64,000 nucleotides of DNA from Bacteroidales bacterium (GCA_031553765.1 JAVBKY010000003.1:112933-176932), one strand, 5' to 3'. Shown: positions 21,205 to 30,446, counted from the first letter of the stretch. Notes: generated by a model not told the origin, from the sequence alone. Program-made: numbers and translations.

Positions 21205-24200
21205 ATGACAATTGACCAACTAATAAACCGGTTTGCGGAGCAAATCGGCTTTACCCATTTATGCGAGGGGCTGCAAGGCAGTAAGAATAACAACCTTTTA
21301 ATTAAGCAATTATCGGGTTCGAGCAGAAGCCTTTTAATTGCCGCTGCCGCAAAAAAACTACACGGCTTACAGCTGGTAGTGCTCGACGACCGTGAGGAGG
21401 CTGCCTACTTTTACAACGACCTTTACAACCTGCGTGAAGGTCACGATGTGCTATTCTTTCCTTCGAGCTTCAGGCGCAACGTACAGCATGGCGAGGAGGA
21501 TGCTTCGGCTGCAGTACAGCGCACGGCTGCACTAGCGCAAGTGGCCGAAATGAAGCAGGGGCAAACGCTTTGCGTTGTTAGCTATGCCGAGGCTGCGGGT
21601 GAGCAGGTAGTATCAGGTGAGGGGCTGCAAAAAAACACGCTACGGCTGAAGGTTGGCGAAAAAATGGGCATGGATTTTATTGTAGAAACGCTGTTTGAAT
21701 ACCAATTCGAGCGCGTTGACTTTGTATTTGAGCCCGGACAATTTGCCGTGCGCGGCAGCATTATCGACATCTTTTCTTTCTCCGACAATAAGCCCTACCG
21801 TATTGACTTTTTCGGTGACGAAGTAGAGAGCGTTCGCAGCTTTAACCTCAACACGCAGCTATCCGACGAAAAGCGCAACGAAGTAGAAATTGTACCCAAC
21901 CTTCGGCGTGTAGCAAGTAAGGGAGAAAAGGTTCTGCTCTTCGATTTTATAAAAAAACAGAAGGAGAGTAATCCTGTAATTTGGCTAAGCAACCTGAGCC
22001 TTGTGCTGCAAAAAATTGAAGCGCAGCACGCAATGGCAGAAGGCGCAGAGGGCGGCGCAAGCGTTGCCTCCAAAGATGAGTTTAAGAAGGCGCTCAAAGA
22101 TTTTCGTCGGGTAACATTTGATAGCAACCTCTCCCCTGCCCCCCCTCCACAGGAGAGGGGCATATGCCACGAGCCACAGGATGGCACGCGCGAGGAAAAG
22201 TCCCTCTCTCGTGGAGAGGGATTTAGGGAGAGGTCTGAACCCTCGGAAGTTATTCCATTCAACACGGCTCCGCAGCCTTCATTCAACAAAAATTTCGACC
22301 TGCTGGCCGCCAACTTAGGCGAGTACGAAACCAAAGGTTACACCAACTACCTGCTTACCGACAGCCTTATGCAGGCCGAGCGCATGTCGGGTATTTTGGC
22401 CAACATTACAGGACGTACCAAGGATTTTGAGCAGGTGCCTTTAGCCTTGCACGAAGGCTTTATCGATCACGAATCGAAAATTTGCTGCTACACCGACCAC
22501 CAGATTTTTGCCCGCTACCACCGCTACAAGCTGCATGGTGCGCCCGATAAGAGCGAACGGCTCACCATCCAAGAGCTGAACTCGCTTCAACCCGGCGACT
22601 ACATTGTGCACATTGACCACGGCGTGGGCGTATTTGGCGGCTTGGTAAAACAAATGGTGAACGGCAAGCCGCATGAGTTTATCAAGCTCACGTACAAGGA
22701 CGGCGACGTGCTGTTTGTGAGCGTACACGGGCTGCACCGCATATCGCGCTACAAGGGCAAAGATAGCGAGCCGCCCAAGGTGTACAAGCTGGGTACGGGC
22801 GCGTGGCAGAAGCTGAAAAACGCGACCAAGGGCAAGGTAAAGGATATTGCCCGCGACCTTATTCGCCTCTACGCAAAGCGAAGAAATACCACCGGCTTTG
22901 CCTTTGCTCCCGACAGCTACATGCAGCACGAGCTGGAAGCATCTTTCATTTATGAGGACACGCCCGACCAAGTGCGCGCTACGCAAGCCGTGAAGGCCGA
23001 CATGGAAAAGGAGCACCCCATGGACAGGCTCATTTGCGGTGACGTAGGTTTCGGAAAAACTGAAATTGCTGTTCGCGCCGCTTTCAAGGCCGTAGCGGAT
23101 AGCAAGCAGGTGGCCGTGCTTGTACCCACCACCATTTTGGCACTGCAGCACCACAAAACATTTTGCAAGCGCCTACACAAATTCCCCTGCCGCATTGAGT
23201 ACCTGAGTCGATTTAAAACCGCCAAGGAAACCAAGCGCATTCTTACCGAGTTGGAAGAGGGTAAAATTGACATTATTATAGGCACACATAAGCTGCTGGG
23301 AAGCGCCATAAAGTTTAAGGATTTGGGGCTGCTCATTATTGACGAGGAGCAAAAATTCGGCGTAGCCGCAAAGGAAAAACTACGCCAGCTACGCCTCAAC
23401 GTGGATACGCTAACGCTAACAGCCACGCCCATTCCACGCACCTTGCAGTTTTCGCTTATGGGTGCGCGCGACCTCTCCATAATTCAAACTCCTCCACCCA
23501 ACCGTCAGCCTGTAACTACAGAACTGCACACGTTCAACGAGGATACCATTCGCGAGGCGATAGAGTACGAAGTAAGCCGTGGCGGACAAGCGTTTTTTGT
23601 GCACAACCGTGTGATGGATATTTTATCCATAGAAGACATGGTGCGCAAGATTTGCCCCGGTGTAAAAACCATCGTCGCGCACGGGCAAATGGAGGGTAAC
23701 GAAATGGAAAAGCGCGTAGTGGATTTCATCATGGGCGAATACGACGTGCTTATTGCTACCAGCATTGTGGAAAATGGCATTGACATACCCAACGCCAATA
23801 CCATTATCATTAACCAGGCGCAAAACTTCGGTTTGAGCGACCTGCACCAGCTGCGCGGACGCGTGGGACGTAGCAACCGCAAGGCATTTTGCTACCTGCT
23901 GGCACCACCTGCTACATCGCTCACACCCGAGGCACGGCGAAGGCTACGTGCCATTGAAGAATTTTCGGATTTGGGCAGCGGCTTCAACATTGCCATGCAG
24001 GATTTGGATATTCGCGGAGCAGGAAACTTATTGGGCGGAGAGCAAAGCGGATTTATTGCCGAAATAGGTTTTGAAACCTACCAAAAAATATTGAACGAAG
24101 CCATGATGGAGCTGCGCGACGAGGAGCCCATTGCAGCAGGCGAAGACGATGAAGGCAACGAACAGCTGTTTAACCCATTCGGCACTGGCGCAAGCGACGT

Positions 24201-24663
24201 ATATGTTACCGACTGTACCATAGAAAGTGACATGGAGTTGCTACTACCCGATAGCTACGTGAGCAATACTGCCGAAAAAATTCGTCTTTACCGCGAAATG
24301 GACGACCTGCAAAACGAAAAGGAAATTGCCGACTTCCGCGCGCGCATGGTTGACCGCTTTGGCGAGCTACCGCAACCGGCCGAGGAGTTGCTCAATGTGG
24401 TTAGGCTACGTCAAAAGGCAATTAAGTTAGGTTTTGAGAAAATAATTTTGAAAAACAACTTGCTCATAGCCTACTTTGTAAGTAACCAAATGAGCCCCTA
24501 CTACCAAACACCGCTATTTTCGGAGGTAATGCAGCGCATAGCCGCCAAGCCCAAGCAATTCAAAGTGAAGGAGCAGAACGGCAAGCTATCGTTTGTAGCG
24601 CAGCAGGTAGGTAGCGTGGCACAAGCGATGCATGTAGTGGATCTTATCTCCGATAAGACTTGA
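21205..24663 (+). CDS. mfd: Transcription-repair coupling factor Mfd (with an extra ~40-aa low-complexity segment)
   Basis: 1152 aa. CarD-like region (DYIVHIDHGVG), SF2 helicase motifs (GDVGFGKTE, DEEQKFG, TATPIPRTL), a TRG-type motif and a C-terminal D7 region. Confidence 0.95.
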   Translation: MTIDQLINRFAEQIGFTHLCEGLQGSKNNNLLIKQLSGSSRSLLIAAAAKKLHGLQLVVLDDREEAAYFYNDLYNLREGHDVLFFPSSFRRNVQHGEEDASAAVQRTAALAQVAEMKQGQTLCVVSYAEAAGEQVVSGEGLQKNTLRLKVGEKMGMDFIVETLFEYQFERVDFVFEPGQFAVRGSIIDIFSFSDNKPYRIDFFGDEVESVRSFNLNTQLSDEKRNEVEIVPNLRRVASKGEKVLLFDFIKKQKESNPVIWLSNLSLVLQKIEAQHAMAEGAEGGASVASKDEFKKALKDFRRVTFDSNLSPAPPPQERGICHEPQDGTREEKSLSRGEGFRERSEPSEVIPFNTAPQPSFNKNFDLLAANLGEYETKGYTNYLLTDSLMQAERMSGILANITGRTKDFEQVPLALHEGFIDHESKICCYTDHQIFARYHRYKLHGAPDKSERLTIQELNSLQPGDYIVHIDHGVGVFGGLVKQMVNGKPHEFIKLTYKDGDVLFVSVHGLHRISRYKGKDSEPPKVYKLGTGAWQKLKNATKGKVKDIARDLIRLYAKRRNTTGFAFAPDSYMQHELEASFIYEDTPDQVRATQAVKADMEKEHPMDRLICGDVGFGKTEIAVRAAFKAVADSKQVAVLVPTTILALQHHKTFCKRLHKFPCRIEYLSRFKTAKETKRILTELEEGKIDIIIGTHKLLGSAIKFKDLGLLIIDEEQKFGVAAKEKLRQLRLNVDTLTLTATPIPRTLQFSLMGARDLSIIQTPPPNRQPVTTELHTFNEDTIREAIEYEVSRGGQAFFVHNRVMDILSIEDMVRKICPGVKTIVAHGQMEGNEMEKRVVDFIMGEYDVLIATSIVENGIDIPNANTIIINQAQNFGLSDLHQLRGRVGRSNRKAFCYLLAPPATSLTPEARRRLRAIEEFSDLGSGFNIAMQDLDIRGAGNLLGGEQSGFIAEIGFETYQKILNEAMMELRDEEPIAAGEDDEGNEQLFNPFGTGASDVYVTDCTIESDMELLLPDSYVSNTAEKIRLYREMDDLQNEKEIADFRARMVDRFGELPQPAEELLNVVRLRQKAIKLGFEKIILKNNLLIAYFVSNQMSPYYQTPLFSEVMQRIAAKPKQFKVKEQNGKLSFVAQQVGSVAQAMHVVDLISDKT

Positions 24664-24691
24664 TAAAATGCCCTGCGGGCGATAAAAAGAT

Positions 24692-24741
24692 AAATGCGCT
24701 TCGCGCGATAAAACTATCGGTGAAGCGCATTTGTATTTTTT
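24692..24741 (+). terminator. Rho-independent terminator of mfd (inner hairpin of a nested palindrome)
   Basis: AAATGCGCTTC-19 nt-GAAGCGCATTT followed by GTATTTTTTT. Confidence 0.7.
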
Positions 24742-24795
24742 TATCTCTTTATCGTGAGCGTAGCGAGCATTTATCGCCCGCAGGGCATTTATCTC

Positions 24796-26142
24796 CTACT
24801 TGCTTTTTCCGAATTTTGCCTTAATCCAGCCCGGCACCATCATTACACCTACTATGAGATAAAGATAGTAGGTAATTAAGCGCCACAGCAGGGCAATAAC
24901 GGCGGTGAGTCCCGCCACAGGAATAAAATCGCCCAAGAATTCTTTGAATACAAACTCGGCAAAACCGCTGCCACCGGGCGTTGGGCTCACCAACATCATA
25001 ATCCACATTACCAGCTGGCGGGCAAAAATAAGCAGGTGATCGTGTACTGCAAAAAACGCCATGAATAGCGCATTTACCACCCAGTAGCGCGATGTCCATG
25101 AAAGGAAAGTAGCCAAGCCTGATTTAAACCAGAACTTGAAGGACTTCTTGCGTAACTCCGTTGCGCTTATCACCACATCATCGCCCGTTTTTATAGCACC
25201 CTCCTTCCAACGACGCAGTATGGGTAAGCTGAATACTTTAATAATAAGCCAGCGCAATCCCTTCGGATTAAAAAACAGACCATAGCCCAACAGCAGCACC
25301 CACGCTAACTTTACGCCATATCCTATCAGCGTTACCACCATAAGCCCCTGCCCTATAGCCATACTGCTAATATGGAACAGCATCTCGTTAGGTATTAGTA
25401 GCCATAGCAGAGGGAACATGACCACAAAATAAATTTCATCCAGCAGCGAGGTAGCCATTACCATAGCCGAACTTTTACCCAGGTTCACACCCTCCTTGGT
25501 TACATACAAAATAGCCACGCTGGTACCTCCAACTGCCGACGGTGTAATGGCCGAGGTAAATTCCCACAAAATAATAATGCGCATGGATTGCAGCCACGAG
25601 AGCTGGTTATCGGAAAGCGTGCGAATACGCCACATGTAGCCCACGTCACGCCCCAACATAAACACAACAGCCAATAGCAGGAAGCACCAAAAGCGCCATG
25701 AAATATCCACGCCTTTGAGTACATCAATCACGTTGTAAACGCGCAAACGTACACCCTGCACGTTCAACTCGTCGCCCAACTCCACGCTTGCATCTCGTAG
25801 CACAAGACACTGAACCTGTTTACCGTCAATGCCCACCACCAGCAAGGTGGTGTCGCCGTTATGCAACAGCACATCCCCCGCTTTGACCTGCTGCGCAATG
25901 CGCGTAGCATTAACGTACAAAACTGTATCGGATGAAAACCTGAGGTGACCGCTACGCACCGACACCGTATCACCAACATTTATCGTTATAGGTGACTGAT
26001 CTTCTGCGCCACGAAAAGAAGACTTGGGATACAACTCCCCCCAAAACATAAACACCACAACTCCTAAACCAATAAGGATAGGGAAAATTATTTTGTAGGA
26101 TTTAATGCCTGAAAAGGCGGACTGATTTTGCTCGTTTGTCAT
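24796..26142 (-). CDS. Flippase-like (LPG-synthase-TM / UPF0104 family) membrane protein with an inserted soluble beta-barrel-like domain
   Basis: Polytopic. ITPSAVGGTS and SPTPGGSGFAEF motifs are typical of the family. I moved the start to MTNEQNQS (26142). Confidence 0.6.
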   Translation of the reverse strand: MTNEQNQSAFSGIKSYKIIFPILIGLGVVVFMFWGELYPKSSFRGAEDQSPITINVGDTVSVRSGHLRFSSDTVLYVNATRIAQQVKAGDVLLHNGDTTLLVVGIDGKQVQCLVLRDASVELGDELNVQGVRLRVYNVIDVLKGVDISWRFWCFLLLAVVFMLGRDVGYMWRIRTLSDNQLSWLQSMRIIILWEFTSAITPSAVGGTSVAILYVTKEGVNLGKSSAMVMATSLLDEIYFVVMFPLLWLLIPNEMLFHISSMAIGQGLMVVTLIGYGVKLAWVLLLGYGLFFNPKGLRWLIIKVFSLPILRRWKEGAIKTGDDVVISATELRKKSFKFWFKSGLATFLSWTSRYWVVNALFMAFFAVHDHLLIFARQLVMWIMMLVSPTPGGSGFAEFVFKEFLGDFIPVAGLTAVIALLWRLITYYLYLIVGVMMVPGWIKAKFGKSK

Positions 26143-26335
26143 AGGGTGCAAATATAGTGAAAGTCGAGAGCAATTGAGAAAACTTGCTTGCAAAAATCGC
26201 CAAAACGTATCCTATATTCTATTAGAATACAGTAAAATCCCCAAAAATTCAATAAAAATTCAACATCTAAATAACACTTAAACATTTGCATATCAAATAC
26301 CTAAGTTAAACTTCATGTATTTACGCCATTATTTT

Positions 26336-26366
26336 TTTGCAAAAATGCAAAAAACAACTACCTTTG
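26336..26366 (+). promoter_or_regulatory. Bacteroidota sigma-A-type promoter (-33 TTTG / -7 TACCTTTG) for tRNA-Phe
   Basis: TTTG at 26336-26339 and TACCTTTG at 26359-26366, with a 19-nt spacer. The tRNA starts 17 nt downstream. Confidence 0.55.
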
Positions 26367-26382
26367 CAACCCTAATAACGCT

Positions 26383-26455
26383 GGTGCCATAGCTCAGTTG
26401 GTAGAGCAAAGGACTGAAAATCCTTGTGTCCCTCGTTCGATTCGTGGTGGCACCA
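26383..26455 (+). tRNA. tRNA-Phe (anticodon GAA)
   Basis: Canonical 73-nt cloverleaf: acceptor GGTGCCA/TGGCACC, D-arm GCTCAGTTGGTAGAGC, anticodon loop CTGAAAA, T-loop TTCGATT. No CCA is encoded. Confidence 0.95.
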
Positions 26456-26461
26456 CAAAAG

Positions 26462-26499
26462 AAAACCCTGAAAGCACAGTGCTTTCAGGGTTTTCTTTT
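26462..26499 (+). terminator. Terminator after tRNA-Phe
   Basis: CCCTGAAAGCAC-A-GTGCTTTCAGGG followed by a T-run. Confidence 0.8.
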
Positions 26500-26539
26500 A
26501 AAGCGTTCTTTTCCTAATGTTACATAAAACTGCCCATTT

Positions 26540-28372
26540 ATGTCAACTGCCCTCTCCCGCATAAAATACCTGCTGTACACCTACAGCCTGTTTATCCTGT
26601 TTTTTCTTGGACAAAAAATCATTTTCCTGCTCTACTACATTAGCAGCACAGCGCAAAATAGCTTCATTGACAGCCTGCGGGTGCTATGGCATGGGCTGAA
26701 GATGGATGTGGCAGTGGCGGGATACCTAACGCTGCTACCGCTGCTAGTGTTGCTTGTTTCCAACTTTTTCAGCGGAAAAATATTTGCCCGAATCCTACAG
26801 GTATACTTTGCCCTGATTTTGCTGCTCACCTCCTCCCTTTTTATGGGCGACTTGCTGCTTTACAGCTACTGGAACTTTAAGCTCGACAGCACCATATTCA
26901 CCTACATTACCGACCCCAAAGGCGCCACGGCCAGCGTATCGGCATGGATGGTAGTAGGTGGCTTTATCGCTATGTTCATTTGCGCATGGGCGCAGTGGTG
27001 GGTACTCAACAGGTGCGTGGCAAGGCCGCTAATGCAAAGCAAAAAATCCACGTATGGAGTAATCGAATCCATCACTATACTTTTGCTTGCAGTTCCTATG
27101 GGCATTGGTATTCGCGGTGGGATCGGCGCCTCCACCATGAACGTGGGCGCGGTGTACTTCAGCCCCAGCATGTTCCTCAACCACGCAGCGGTAAACCCCA
27201 ACTTTAGCCTGCTCAGCTCGCTGCAACACTTCGGCAACTTCAGCCAGCAATACCGCTTTATGAGCAACGAGGAGGCCAATGCTACGTTTAGAAAATTGAC
27301 CGAATACAACAAAGATAGCGCCACCAAGCAAGTACTAAAAACCAATCGCCCCATTATTATTTTCATAATGTTGGAGAGCTGCGGGGCACAGTTTGTCGAA
27401 TCGCTTGGCGGACCAAAAGGCGTAATGCCCAACCTGGATAAAATAGCGAGTGATGGCATATTTTTCACCAACATGTACGCCAACAGCTTTCGCACCGACC
27501 GTGGCATAACCTCGTGCCTGTCGGGGTTTCCAGCGCAGCCCACCATGTCCATACTGAAATACCCGAAAAAATGTGAGGCGTTGAATTCTATTCCCAAAAT
27601 GTTGGTAAACGAAGGTTACAACGCCTCATTCCTGTACGGCGGCGATGTGGATTTTGCGCAGGTGAGCACCTTTTTTGTTTCGCAAAAAGTAACCGATATT
27701 ACCAGCCAGAAAAATCTCCCGAAGAAAGAACTGAAAAGCGCGTGGGGAGCGCACGACGATATAATGTTTGAGCGCTTGCTACAGCAAGTAAAAGAGGAGA
27801 AAAACGAGCCACATATCAACATATTTCTCACGCTCAGCAGCCACGAACCATTTATTGTTCCCTTTAAAAAATTTGACAACCCGTGGCTCAACTGCGTAGC
27901 CTACACCGATAGCTGCTTGGGCGCTTTTGTTGACGCATTGAAGCAAACGCCACAGTGGGATAGCACGCTGCTGGTGCTGGTACCCGACCATGCCTCACCC
28001 TACCCCGATATTACCCGGTACGAACCCCGACGCCAGCATGTATACATGGTATGGGCTGGTGGTGCGGTAAAACAACCGCAACGCGTAGAGCATTTCTGCT
28101 CGCAATCCGACATTGCCGCCACGCTATTAAGTCAGCTGGGTATAAGCACCACGGCATTCACGTTCAGTAAGGATGCACTCAATCCACAAGCACCCAACTT
28201 TGCCTTTTACGATTTCAATAACGGCTTTGGCATGGTTACACCACAGGGCAGCGTGACCTTTGACTGCAACATCAATCAGCCTTTTTACGCCATGGGCAGT
28301 AGCACCGACAGTTTAGAGGTGCAAGGCAAAGCCTTTTTGCAAAAGTTGTATGATGCAATTGATGAGATGTAG
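26540..28372 (+). CDS. LTA-synthase-family sulfatase-domain membrane protein (phosphoglycerol/phosphoethanolamine-transferase-like)
   Basis: N-terminal five-TM region followed by a sulfatase-type domain (IMLESCGAQF..., DHASP). Confidence 0.7.
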   Translation: MSTALSRIKYLLYTYSLFILFFLGQKIIFLLYYISSTAQNSFIDSLRVLWHGLKMDVAVAGYLTLLPLLVLLVSNFFSGKIFARILQVYFALILLLTSSLFMGDLLLYSYWNFKLDSTIFTYITDPKGATASVSAWMVVGGFIAMFICAWAQWWVLNRCVARPLMQSKKSTYGVIESITILLLAVPMGIGIRGGIGASTMNVGAVYFSPSMFLNHAAVNPNFSLLSSLQHFGNFSQQYRFMSNEEANATFRKLTEYNKDSATKQVLKTNRPIIIFIMLESCGAQFVESLGGPKGVMPNLDKIASDGIFFTNMYANSFRTDRGITSCLSGFPAQPTMSILKYPKKCEALNSIPKMLVNEGYNASFLYGGDVDFAQVSTFFVSQKVTDITSQKNLPKKELKSAWGAHDDIMFERLLQQVKEEKNEPHINIFLTLSSHEPFIVPFKKFDNPWLNCVAYTDSCLGAFVDALKQTPQWDSTLLVLVPDHASPYPDITRYEPRRQHVYMVWAGGAVKQPQRVEHFCSQSDIAATLLSQLGISTTAFTFSKDALNPQAPNFAFYDFNNGFGMVTPQGSVTFDCNINQPFYAMGSSTDSLEVQGKAFLQKLYDAIDEM

Positions 28373-28392
28373 CGCCCAAAGGCAAGAAATAG

Positions 28393-28428
28393 AAAAGGCG
28401 GAATTCGAAAATCGAGTCCCGCCTTTTT
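28393..28428. terminator. Bidirectional hairpin between convergent genes
   Basis: AAAAGGCGG...CCCGCCTTTTT is flanked by A- and T-runs. Confidence 0.6.
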
Positions 28429-28444
28429 ATATGATAGCAACTTA

Positions 28445-29026
28445 TTAAAACAAGTAGCCCAGCGAAAGCGTCACACCATTCACTTTGTAAACGCTGCCGC
28501 CACTTCCGAGGTCATTAAGCCCCCAGTTGTAACGCGCCATAAACTGCAACTTTTGAAACAGCTCAATGCCGCCACCTAAGCCAATGCCATAGTTAAACTT
28601 ATCTATAGCCTCACTTGAGCTGCCATCCTGAGCCGCTACCTTTACATCGTTAAGAGCGCACGAAATGTATGGCGTAACAGCCACAAACGGGCGCACAATT
28701 TTCAAGTCAATACCCCACGTAATATTAAGCGGCACATCAATGTAGCTCACATTCTCATTACTTGTATTACCCGACTCATCCGTTACCTTAGCACCACGGT
28801 AAGCGTACAGCAGTTCCGGTTGCACGCCAATACCAATAATAGGAATATTAATTTGCGCAAGGAGTCCCGCGTGAAATCCGGTGCTACCTTCCACCGAGCC
28901 CTTCAAATCACTGGTGTTAATTGATGGGAGTTCCAACCCCGCCTTTACTCCAAAGGCAAATATTTTAGCCTGAGCCGCGTAACTAAACATAAGTGTTACC
29001 GCAAAAAATAGAACAAATTTCTTCAT
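28445..29026 (-). CDS. Small outer-membrane beta-barrel protein (OmpA-barrel/porin-family-like)
   Basis: Signal peptide, alternating hydrophobic beta-strand pattern and a C-terminal ...LSLGYLF aromatic terminus. Confidence 0.7.
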   Translation of the reverse strand: MKKFVLFFAVTLMFSYAAQAKIFAFGVKAGLELPSINTSDLKGSVEGSTGFHAGLLAQINIPIIGIGVQPELLYAYRGAKVTDESGNTSNENVSYIDVPLNITWGIDLKIVRPFVAVTPYISCALNDVKVAAQDGSSSEAIDKFNYGIGLGGGIELFQKLQFMARYNWGLNDLGSGGSVYKVNGVTLSLGYLF

Positions 29027-29111
29027 TTTTTCAAAAATTATTTTGATTACAAAAGCAAAGTTACATCATTTATTTTTATTCGCCAACCCTTGCATTTTCG
29101 CCAAAAATACG

Positions 29112-29119
29112 TAACTTTG
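29112..29119 (+). promoter_or_regulatory. -7 promoter box (TAACTTTG) upstream of the riboswitch-metX unit
   Basis: Matches TAnnTTTG about 55 nt upstream of the aptamer. Confidence 0.4.
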
Positions 29120-29171
29120 TAACTCACTTTTCCAAAATCACATAAGCGGATTTCACACGCTTTTTAAGTTT

Positions 29172-29286
29172 TGGATTATACAGAAGGGCGGAGAGAACAG
29201 GCTCTGTGAAACCCTAGCAACCACCGGCACATAGCAGGATAAGGTGCTAACACCTGCCCCACCGAATGGCGGGGAATTATAATTTT
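29172..29286 (+). promoter_or_regulatory. SAM-I riboswitch aptamer
   Basis: AGAAGGGCGGAGAGAACAGGCTCTGTGAAACCCTAGCAACC...AAGGTGCTAACACCTGCC matches the conserved SAM-I core (GGnGGAGGGA..GGCCC.ATGAAACCC.GCAACC...GGTGCTAA). The P1 stem is ATTATA/TATAAT. It lies directly upstream of metX. Confidence 0.75.
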
Positions 29287-29302
29287 AAAACATGTTTTTA
29301 CC

Positions 29303-30343
29303 ATGTACAAAAAAGATTATTGCGGTTCGAACGTGCAGCACTTTGCCGCGCCACTTCCCATTACATTAGAGTGCGGGCGTACGCTGCACAACATCAACAT
29401 TGCCTACCACACCTACGGAAAACTCAACGCCGCTAAGGATAATACGGTGTGGATCTGCCATGCCTTTTCGGCCAACTCCGATGCGGCCGACTGGTGGCCG
29501 GGCATGATTGGCGAGGGGTTGCTATTTGACACCTCACGCGATTTTATTGTTTGCGCCAACATACTCGGTTCGTGCTACGGCACCACAGGAGCGCTATCGC
29601 TCAACCCGCAAACCAACACGCCCTACTACTTCGATTTTCCCGAGGTAACCGTGCGCGATATGGTAGCGGCGCACAGGCAGCTGATGCAGCATTTAGGCAT
29701 TGAGCACATTAAAACAATTGTTGGTGGGTCTATCGGTGCATTTCAAGCGCTGGAGTGGGCGGTGAGCGAACCTGACCTATTCGACAACCTTGTATTTTCG
29801 GCAGCAGGCGCTAAAACCACGCCTTGGGTTATTGCCATAAATGAGGCACAACGTATGGCTATTGAGGCCGACCCAACATTCTTCAAAAACCGTCCTAACG
29901 GTGGTGAAGAAGGCATGAAGGCAGCGCGTGCTATGGCCTTAGTCAGCTACCGCAACTACAACACCTTCAATGTTACGCAGGAGGAAACTACGCACGATAA
30001 AATCAACGGATTTCGCGCATCGTCATACCAGCGATACCAAGGACAAAAGTTGGCTAACCGCTTCGACGCGTACACCTACTACCGCCTGTCGCAATCCATC
30101 GACTCGTTTGATGTGGGACGTGGCCGTGGCAGCGTGGAGACAGCGCTATCAAAAATCAAGGCGCGTAGCATCGTCATTGGTATTTCAACCGATATACTTT
30201 TCCCCGTTTGCGAACAAAAGTGGGTAGCCGAACACATTCCCGGAGCCATTTACGCCGAAGTAGAATCGCAGTACGGACACGACGGATTTCTCATAGAGCA
30301 TGAGAAGTTGACGAGGGTGATTGGAGAGTTCCTAAAGGGCTAG
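29303..30343 (+). CDS. metX: Homoserine O-acetyltransferase
   Basis: Alpha/beta hydrolase with the GGSIGAFQALEW nucleophile motif. Typical MetX N-terminus (TLECGRTL...IAYHTYG). Confidence 0.9.
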   Translation: MYKKDYCGSNVQHFAAPLPITLECGRTLHNINIAYHTYGKLNAAKDNTVWICHAFSANSDAADWWPGMIGEGLLFDTSRDFIVCANILGSCYGTTGALSLNPQTNTPYYFDFPEVTVRDMVAAHRQLMQHLGIEHIKTIVGGSIGAFQALEWAVSEPDLFDNLVFSAAGAKTTPWVIAINEAQRMAIEADPTFFKNRPNGGEEGMKAARAMALVSYRNYNTFNVTQEETTHDKINGFRASSYQRYQGQKLANRFDAYTYYRLSQSIDSFDVGRGRGSVETALSKIKARSIVIGISTDILFPVCEQKWVAEHIPGAIYAEVESQYGHDGFLIEHEKLTRVIGEFLKG

Positions 30344-30372
30344 TGTCATTGCGGGCTTGACCCGCAATGACA
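30344..30372. repeat. REP-like hairpin (TGTCATTGCGGG-CTTGA-CCCGCAATGACA)
   Basis: Perfect 12-bp stem. The same core (GTCATTGCGGGCTTGACCCGCAAT) recurs at 32431-32455. Confidence 0.8.
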
Positions 30373-30389
30373 GCAACTAACAAGCAACA

Positions 30390-30422
30390 AAAAATCCGAA
30401 GCGTAAGTGCTTCGGATTTTTT
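30390..30422. terminator. Bidirectional terminator between metX and skp
   Basis: AAAAATCCGAAGC-loop-GCTTCGGATTTTTT. Confidence 0.8.
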
Positions 30423-30446
30423 GTTGCCATGAAAAGAAAATAAACC

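Noticed and set aside
22441-23480. Minus-strand ORFs (237 aa, 176 aa, and others) inside mfd.
   Set aside because: They are antisense to a gene with unmistakable helicase motifs. This is a typical long shadow-ORF artefact in GC-balanced coding sequence.
26383-26455. tRNA-Phe as an integration hotspot for a genomic island.
   Set aside because: No integrase, direct repeat of the tRNA 3' end or foreign-looking genes are adjacent. The neighbours are ordinary housekeeping genes, and the prophage is of the transposable type, not a tRNA-targeting one.
26902-27597. 231-aa minus-strand ORF inside the LTA-synthase-like gene.
   Set aside because: It is a shadow ORF. The plus-strand frame carries the sulfatase-family motifs.
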